The notes beneath the pieces are model-generated. The model ran no database searches. It had not been told where the DNA came from and saw nothing but the letters and a program-made list of their open reading frames with translations. Positions 53,936 through 64,000 of a DNA stretch of 64,000 bases are shown one piece after another (position 1 is the stretch's first letter; each line of letters begins with the position of its first letter). Position numbers and translations under genes: made by a program. Origin of the DNA: Eledone cirrhosa (Eukaryota); the NCBI GenBank assembly GCA_964016885.1, contig OZ024748.1, positions 51,088,001-51,152,000 on the forward strand. The letters are read 5' to 3'.

Positions 53936-54454
53936 TATATATATATATATATATATACAATGTACACAAACACATCAGTTTGAAATTGTTTAGAAAAATA
54001 TATTTATCATAATCATCATCATCAACAACATCATCAAACAACAACTATAGCAAGAAGAACAGCAAGAAATATTCAAACAAGCAATAATAAGAGGAAGCTA
54101 ATAAAACAGCAAGACATTGAATAAACAACAACAACAACAACAACTGCAACAACAACAACAACAACAACAAAACAACAACAACTGCGACAGCAGCAACAAC
54201 AACAACAACATTATCAATAATCTCCATAATAGGAATAGTAACAGCAATAGCTGGTACAAACACAAACAACTGTTTAGGAAAAATGAGAAATAAACAGAAA
54301 AGAAACCAAACCTCAACAATTAAAATTACAAGATGGTTTGAAGAAATGACTTGAATAAAAAGGAAATACAGAAATATATTCTTTGGTGTAGTGTGTGCCC
54401 ATGCATATATATATGTGTGTGTGTGTGTGTGTGCGTGTGCATGTTTCTCTGTGA

Positions 54455-54820
54455 ATGTATACGTTGGATGTGCAATGTCAATGTGCATGAACAACCAAGC
54501 ATAGACGAGTTGAGAAAGAAACTGGGTATAAGAGGGATAAGTTGTGGTGTGCAGGAGAGAAGGCTGAGATGGTATGGACATGTGATGCACATGGTGGATG
54601 ACCGATGGGTGAAGAAGTGCCAGGAAGTCCCAGTGGAGGGAAGACGCATTAGAGGTAGACCACGAAAAACATGGGTGGAGGTGGTGAGAGCAGACCTCAG
54701 ATCACTGAAACTCACCAAGGAGATGACGAAGGACCGTGACGGATGGAGAGATGCTGTGCTGAATAGGACACATCCAACCCTTGTAAGCAGGGAAAAGCAG
54801 ATGTATGATGATGATGATGA
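54455..54820 (+). mobile_element. 5'-truncated RTE-clade LINE 3' end
   Basis: IRWMCNV..ELRKKLGI..RRLRWYGHVMHM..VEGRRIRGRPRKTWVEVVRADL..DRDGWR is the typical RTE C-terminal motif set; (GAT)n tail. Confidence 0.9.
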
Positions 54821-54955
54821 TATATACACACACTAATAGTTCATAAGTATTGACAATGATGGTATAAATCAGATAAAGTACACCTAGAGACAGAATATAA
54901 TGAATAGAAATACCTGAATCTGAATGTCTGTATGAATACACACGCACACACACAC

Positions 54956-55027
<72 letters not shown>

Positions 55028-55032
55028 GTATA

Positions 55033-55074
<42 letters not shown>

Positions 55075-55753
55075 GATATAGATATATATATGTATATACA
55101 TATATATGTATATATATATATATGTATATATATGTATATATACACACATATATATATGTATATATATATATATATGTATATATATGTGTGTATATATATA
55201 TATAGGAGTTGTACTTTTTCAGCAGGTGACTTGATCTGAGCCCTCCAATTGAAACTGAAGTAATTACATTGCCAAAGAGACATTTTAGTCATTAAAAAAG
55301 AAACAAAGCATACAAAACCTGTTTTAATAACTTTTCATTTATTTTGTAATGTTAACGTTTTCATCTCACCTTTATGACCTTGTCACTGACACAATTCCTT
55401 TGCAACAAGTTCATCAGTGTCTTGGTTGTAGAGATGAGATGACATTTTTGACACCACAAAGTAATTGAAAAGTGAATAAAATAGTTTTTCCCTATATTTT
55501 AAAATGTCCCTTTTATGATGCAAAATATATATATATATATATATACAAATATACATATATATATATATACGATATTAACAAATGGAAACTATATTTATAA
55601 AACTATATTTATTTTATTATACATATTTCAAGGACACCACGTTAAATTATGGTGTGCTTTCATCAGACAAAATACAATATAGATCAGTTTTATAAATAAA
55701 TATTGACATACCCTTAAAAAATGCAACCATTAATGTTGGAAGCTCCCAGATAG

Positions 55754-56190
<437 letters not shown>

Positions 56191-56193
<3 letters not shown>

Positions 56194-56495
56194 AAGGCAC
56201 TTCGTCGACTATGACAACGAGCGTTCCAGTTGAACAGATCAGTGGAGCAACCTGCTCATGAAATTAACGTGCAAGGGTTTGAGCATTCCACAGACATACC
56301 GTAGTTCTTAGGGAGATTCAGCGTGATATAGATTGTTGATTCTTTGAATTACGGGCACAACTGATTTTCGTCAGATGAGTGGACTGGAGCAATGTGAAAT
56401 AAAGTGTCTTGCTGAAGGTCACAACCCAATGCCGGAAATCGAACTAACGAACTTACGATTGTGAGCCGAATACTCGAACCACAACTCCATGTGCA
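56191..56495 (-). mobile_element. CORE-type SINE with a different 3' body
   Basis: Shares ctggagcaatgtgaaataaagtgtcttgc and a tRNA-like head with SINE-B but has an unrelated 3' half; older relative at ~34130-34450. Confidence 0.75.
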
Positions 56496-56762
56496 TATAT
56501 CTATGTTTCTCTATCCACATACACACATATATGTATGTAATATATAATTAAAGATGATGGTTTCCGAAGCTAATCAGAAAAATACCTACAATTAAATAAG
56601 GTACTCATTATGTTAGTAGAGAAGAAGCATATATATTTTACATATAGAAATGCTTTCTAGAGAAATAGAAGTGTGTCATCTGTATGAAATCCTCAGGACA
56701 TTGCTGTCGATTTCATATGAATGAAGCAGTTCAAATCCTAGAAAAGTAATTTCTATATAATA

Positions 56763-56945
56763 TAATTGTTTCTACTTTAGGCACAAGGGCAGCAATTATC
56801 CCAGTGTATTACTGGTACTTTATTTTATTGACCCCGTAAGGATGAAAGGCAAAATTAACCTCAGCGAGATTTGAACTCAGACCATAAAGGGCCGTAACTC
56901 TATGCTGCAAAGCATGGCGTCCATCTCTCTACCAATACTGCCAAT
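56763..56945 (-). mobile_element. SINE-A
   Basis: Homology to other copies. Confidence 0.9.
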
Positions 56946-56995
56946 ATATAATATTGATAAGAAAGTATAGTACAGATGTACTAATCACTATTACC

Positions 56996-57046
<51 letters not shown>

Positions 57047-59523
57047 AACACACACACTTACATCCATATAGTCACATAGGTTTAAACAGGAAGATAATCA
57101 TATGCATAATGTTTAACATACAAATGTAATCACCTTTTACACTCTCCTACAAACACACACACACATATATATACAAACCATCCTATTGTATTAATATATA
57201 CCACTACCTCATTCACCAAAGTGAGAGATGAAAGAAAGAAACATTGAATTATAAAGATGCAAACATTAAAATCACCCATACACATACCCACACACCCATA
57301 CATATAGCCACAAACAAATATGTAAATAATTTAAACAAAACATAAATATAATAAAAATAGATTTAAACAAGACAAAATAATAAAACATATAGATTGATAA
57401 TAATAATAATAATAATAATAATAATTGTAATGTTCATCTTGAATGCAATTTTTTAAATTTCTAAATTTAATTGAATTTTTTTAGACATTTATACTTATAT
57501 TTTTATATTGTTTTATTTTATTTTTCAAACATTCAAATGTCCACATCATCCCAAAATACACCCACCTTCGTATACCTTTATCACTAATAACTTGCTCTTA
57601 GCCCATTTTATTGCCAGAGATAATAAAATATTTACCACTGGCATATTTGAGGATCAGTCAGAATATTTTATTGCTAAGTAAAAACAAAGAAGGTTATTTT
57701 ATTCAAAATATTAGGACTAATTGTGAGGTAACATTTTGACAATATCAAATCTACCTTTTACTTTTCAATTATAGAACACAGTGCTTTCTTTTTTTCTTCA
57801 ATGTATGTGCATATATCTATATATACATACATGCACATGCATTCATACATTATAAACAATAGAAGAATGAACTGGGCATTTACTTTAGAATTTTAATCCT
57901 GCCAACACACTATACACATTTCGATGGCCAGGCTTCATGATGCAATCATGATGCAATCATGATGCAAGACTTAGGCGATTTCATCAGGTGATATTTGCAG
58001 AACTAGTTCCATAAGACAACAGGATTACAACAAACACAAACAGAAAATAGAAAATAAAGGACAAATACGATTTGGGGATGGCCTGCCAATTCAGTGTTAG
58101 TGCAATGGCAAACCATTTTGGGAGCCATTGAAATATGTATAGTGTATTCATGATATTAAAACTTCCAGTCCGGCCTTCTGTTGTTTATAATGAATACTTA
58201 ACTTCATTCCTGCACCAGTCATGTTATACCACATCTACAATAGATTATTTGCATAACATTGAGTGCTTTAATTTATTGCACCAAGGTTTACTAACAGGAG
58301 CACCAGTTCTTTCCATTGGTAAACAACTTAACATACATGATATATATATATATATATATACACATATATATACATACACAACAGATATGCATACATATAT
58401 CACCATCATTTGACATATTATCCCAGCTTGCTGTGGTTGGATGTGTTATCACCAACCAAGTAAGTATTCAAGTTGAGCATCTGATCTAACAGATTGAGGC
58501 CTGTATTTTGCTTGCATATATTCCTGCACTCAACCAAGTGCTCAGACAATCCTGGGACCCAACATCTCACATATATGTTCCCATATATATATATACTTAT
58601 ATATCAGACCTACCATCAAAAGTGTTCCTGTTATGACTAACCTGTCGTTGTACACAGTTTATATTTAACAACATAGCTCAATATATTATTTTCATAACCC
58701 TTTCATAACCTAATTTCTTATGAAATATATACTATTTCAAATAATTACCAAAGAATTTCAAAGGATATATTTAATAATTATTTTATCTACAGCAATAGTA
58801 GTTTAGCAGATGGTTTTCAAATAAAATCACATTGTAAGATTTGAATTTAAATATGAATCCTTTAAAATGGCTGGCCTGGTTTCATAGAACCAGAGGCAGT
58901 TTTTGCTGGGTTGGTATCAATGTATTAATGGTTTTTGTCAGTGGATTGTGTCTATGCTGGGACATTGCCTTCAAAGCTTTTAGTTGATTATATTGACCCT
59001 AGTGTATATTAGAACAAGTAATTTGATTTATCAATCTTTGTTTGTCACACCACTAAGTTCTATGTTAGAGAACATATTGGAACACTACATGAATGAAAAA
59101 AAGCTGGTGTTTAAATTGGTGTAAATGTAAAAAAACAGACATGGCTACATGTACATACACATACACACACAATAGAATATTCTTGTTAGTGTTGTTGTAG
59201 CTGGTGTTCGCATTGATTCTGTTGTTGTTGTTGTTACTGCTATTATTAATGTTACCTCATTAGTCTGGTAATTCTTATTGTTCAGTCTTTGAACGTTGTT
59301 ATAATGTACTTTAATTGCGGAAGCTCAAAGAAGATAAACATTTTATACCACAATAACAATCACTTATCACAAATATACACACACACCAACATACCAAAAA
59401 CAAACAAGAATACATACAGACAACTAGAGACAAAATATCTAACTGCATACACTTATTCACACACACATTCACATATATATATATATATACATGTATATCT
59501 ATGTATAAATATATATATATACA

Positions 59524-59635
<112 letters not shown>

Positions 59636-59656
59636 CATGTATATATCTATATATAT

Positions 59657-59703
<47 letters not shown>

Positions 59704-59790
59704 GTTCAATCAATGTAAATGCATATATGTGGATATGTGTGCAGCAACCTATATATTTGCTTGAAAATTTGTTTGAATTAAACTTATATA

Positions 59791-59824
<34 letters not shown>

Positions 59825-60100
59825 GCAAACACATATGCACACACAAAATACTTTGAAATTATTAAAAAGACAATGTTTTACTTACTATAAGAACATTAAA
59901 AAAAATATTCCATCAGTGTCAGCTTATATATATATGTGTGTGTGTGTGAGTGTACGTGTATAATCACACACATCTATGATAATATATATAATGGTGTATG
60001 TACATCCGTGTACAACATATATAAGCGTAACTATTATAACAGTATAATCATGTACACTACAATGAATGAATGTATAGATAATTTGTGTGTATGTATATAT

Positions 60101-60509
60101 ATCGTTTCTGAATTTGTTTAGCAAGATTCTTTATCTGAAAACGTGTGTTGAAACCGATATTGTTATACTTTGGGAGGGTCATGGAGGGTCATGTTGCCAA
60201 TAAGAAACAATAAGATACAATTTATTATAAATTAAATTATAAATTTTAAAAAAATTTATAAATTACCGGTTGGTTGGTTGGTTGGTTCCACAACCGGACG
60301 GTTGTTCATATATTGTCAAAGTTCTTTCGTTACACATTCTGTGACCTCATCAGTGACTGGGGATTCTTTTCTTTGTTTTGTGCCACTCCTTTGTTCTGTC
60401 CTACACCATCTTGTTGTGCACACACAAAAACAAGATTGTTTATAATAAATTGGAGTGGAAGCAACTGGTGCATGTGTTTCTTATTGCCAACATGACCCTC
60501 CCAAAGTAT

Positions 60510-60517
<8 letters not shown>
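60101..60517 (-). mobile_element. Fold-back family F1, long copy containing a hammerhead-like core (60315-60357)
   Basis: Minus strand GTCA-CTGATGA-ggtcacagaatgtgtaac-GAAA-gaac-TT-TGAC, then AATAAA, family arm and tail; inverted arm at 60440-60517. Confidence 0.65.
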
Positions 60518-60587
<70 letters not shown>

Positions 60588-61776
60588 ATGCACAGACACA
60601 CACTTACACATACATATGTCTGTGTATAAACAATCAATTGCTGTTATGACCATTCATCCATGTTTTGTAGACATGTCTAGTTGTTTAAATCATTACAATA
60701 TGGCCAGGATTATATATCATCCCGGCCATATTACAAATAAGTTTCTTCTAAAGGAAACAAATATGAAGTATACTGGTCCCTTATGTGAGAAAAGGGTGAC
60801 AAATCTATTTACTCTATCCTTAATATTGAGTTCTTCTTTACTTGCGGTTTACTATAAATTACTAAGAATGCTCTTGCTCTCTCTCTCTCTCTCTTTAATC
60901 ATCATCATTGTTTTACCTTAAATTTCCCTTGTTAGCTTGTTTAGCATTTAAACCGGCAGTACCTGGCCAGAATTCTCTCTCCTCTTTCTGTTTAAGCCAG
61001 CTGTAACCAGCCCCTCATACTGATGTTAAAGCTTTGTTCTCAAAATAAATAACATCAAAATCTCATAGATTCGATATGATGTGAGATGATTATGTAAGAA
61101 AAGGCCTTTGCCACAAAAATACAATAGTATATATAGAGCAATGTAAATGCTAATACTATATATATTCATTTGATATGGCTAAATAGTGAGTCTTGTTACT
61201 CTGCAATTTCACCTGCACACACACACAGGATCATCTGATGTGAGCAGGTGAAACTCCAGAGAAACAATTCTCGCTACTTAGGCATAATAAATGAATATTT
61301 AAAATCTACTTCAGTATTGAGTACTCTTTTCTTTCGCCCATCAACTACATAGCGATATAACTATGTACCTTTGTACAAAGGGTAATAATTGCCCTAAAAT
61401 ATCATGTTGAAATATACTCGGTGAAACATTACTATGTTCTGTTTTATTTGTCATCCTTTGCACTTTGTACTGCATTGTACCTAGAATTTTGTCACTAAGT
61501 ACATGTATATTATTGCATGCACCTCCCCCATCTTTATCTATCTCTGTACATGTTTTTACAATATGTGCAAGAATCACTTATCATTTTTGTCAATCAATCT
61601 GCTGCCATCAGTTTTCATATTAATCACTCCTTTGGCCTCATATTTGATAGAATATTTGATAGAAAGCAAAATATTGCACTACCATTGCCAAAATGGAAGC
61701 CAATTATATTGGTTTAGAAGAGGAGAAATTGTAAAACTAAATTGTTACATTGATTATATATAACTTTGTGTGTGTG

Positions 61777-61809
<33 letters not shown>

Positions 61810-62079
61810 CACACACACACATATATATATATATACACACGCACACATATATATATATATATATACACACGCACACATATATATATATATATACATATAT
61901 ACACATATTTGTAAGTGTATTTACATGTATAGTGTGTGCCTGTGTTTCTAAATAAATGTTCCTATTTACACTTCATAATAATATACACATATTTGTATAT
62001 ACTTTTAAACATATATAGACATAAGCACCCCAAAAAAGTGAACATACATGCACACATATGTAGTTTATACATAAATATA

Positions 62080-62700
62080 CATATATACACACATATTTAT
62101 CTTATACATAAATATACATGCATACGTACACATATATTTATCTTATACATATATATATATATACATGCATACCTACACACATTTTTACCTTATACATATA
62201 TATATATACATGCATACATACACATATTTATCTTATACATATATATACATGCATATATACACACATTTTTATCTTATACATATTTATATATACATGCATG
62301 CATACACATATATTTATCTTATACATATATATATATATATATACATGCATACATACACTCAATTTTATCTTATACATATTTATATATACATGCATGCATA
62401 CACATATATTTATCTTATACATATATATATATATACATGCATACATACACACATTTTTATCTTATACATATATATACATGCATACATACACATATATTTA
62501 TCTTATACATATATACATGCATACATACACACATTTTTATCTTATACATATATATACATGCATACATACACATATATTTATCGTATACATATATATATGT
62601 ATATATATATACATGCATACATACACACATTTTTATCTTATACATACATATATATACATGCATGCATACATACATATTTATCTTATACATAAATATATAT
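62080..62700. repeat. Microsatellite-derived ~35-45 bp minisatellite
   Basis: Recurrent atacatgcatacatacacaca..tttatcttatacat units. Confidence 0.9.
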
Positions 62701-63382
62701 GCATACATGTATCCAACCATACATCCAACCATCCATCCATCCATCCACCAATCCATACACACATACATACATACATACATACATACATACACATACACAC
62801 ATATAATATTTACAATTTACTTCCATGAGTTGTTATACATTTATTTGTTCTTATCATTCGTATAATTCGAATCATTGATATCACTCCTATCATTGTCTTT
62901 TTAGCCATTCACAAAACATTAGTTTGCGGTGCAAAAACAGCTCAGTTTTTTAGCGCTGGTGTTGGAGAATTTGAAACCCATAAAATATATACAATTCGAC
63001 AAATTTATTCAAGTGAAACACCAAACCTGAATATTTCTTAGTGTATAACAATAATGTTTTATTCATCAGTTAGTTATATAAGTCTTTTTACTTTGTTTTA
63101 TATTTTTTTAATGTTTCTTTGTTGTTCATTTTTTTCTATACAACAATTATTATATTTTATATTTATTTGTTTATAACTGACAGGGAATTTTTATTGCTGT
63201 TGTTGTTGGTGTTTTATTTTTTTGTTGGTGTTGGAGAAAAGTAAGATACATGAAGAAAATGGTATGCTTAGGTTTAGTTATAGTTTGGTTTGGTTTGGTT
63301 GTGTTTGGCTTGGCTTGGGTTTCGTTTGGATTATGTTTTGGATTCATTTTAACAATGTACAATTGAAATCCGTGAATCAGTA

Positions 63383-63488
<106 letters not shown>

Positions 63489-63740
63489 AGAGAATACTAG
63501 AAAAGAAATGTTTTCATTACAGGGTGTATATAACCATTTTAATTAATCTGTTTAATTATAATGTATTTCCTGTACCTTTCGCAGTTTTTATATTTTTCAC
63601 TCTAGTGTTAATATACACCCTGTTAATATACACCCTGTTAATATACAACCTGTAATAAAAACATGTTCTTTTCATGTATTCTCTCCTATATATTTGAAGA
63701 GCCCGGAAAAATTTCCTTTGCTCATTATATTACAGGGAGT

Positions 63741-63912
63741 AGGTGAAGGATTGGCAGTATCGGTAGAGAGTTAGACGCCATGCTTTCCAGCATAGTTACA
63801 TCCCTTTACGGTCTGAGTTCAAATCCCTTCATCCTTACGGGGGTCGATAAAATAAAGAACCAGTAATGTACTGGGTATTTGCTGGCCTTCTGCCAAAAGT
63901 AGAAACAATTAT
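63741..63912 (+). mobile_element. SINE-A with internal deletion and ~17-bp TSD
   Basis: attatattacagggagt / attatattacaaggagt flanks. Confidence 0.88.
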
Positions 63913-64000
63913 ATTACAAGGAGTCCTTTACTCTGTTGCTTCATTTGATATATATATATATAAATGTGTGTATATTTATATATATATATATATATATATA

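Noticed and set aside
54351-54836. Host gene from the 161-aa ORF
   Set aside because: The N-terminal part is microsatellite and the remainder is a truncated RTE retrotransposon C-terminus.
60698-60732. pre-miRNA-like hairpin
   Set aside because: Stem of only ~14 bp, too short for a miRNA precursor, and no known mature sequence recognised.

Overview
AT-rich, microsatellite-saturated eukaryotic DNA with no recognisable intact protein-coding gene. Nearly all ORFs in the track are artefacts of (TA)n, (CA)n, (GGT)n and (GAT)n repeats. The repeat content is what I would expect of a coleoid cephalopod (Octopus-like) intergenic or intronic region; this assignment is inference. Mobile elements: >20 copies of a ~190-220 bp tRNA-derived SINE (here SINE-A), several CORE-type SINEs (SINE-B) whose 3' tail matches an RTE LINE end in the window, decayed LINE fragments (Tx1-like, two RTE types, R4/Dong-like), a non-autonomous Helitron, and hAT-, piggyBac- and mariner-type MITEs or ends. 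There are three large minisatellites with 32-bp, G-rich 60-bp and 53-bp units. The most notable signal is a set of fold-back (inverted-repeat) elements from several unrelated families, some enclosing minimal hammerhead-ribozyme cores (CUGANGA...GAAA..NUH), an architecture known from Penelope-like elements. Also worth checking: repeated SINE insertion at one target site, a locally triplicated TAAT-rich non-coding module, and a possible MFS (SLC46-like) transporter exon relic. All alignments were done by eye and coordinates are approximate unless stated.
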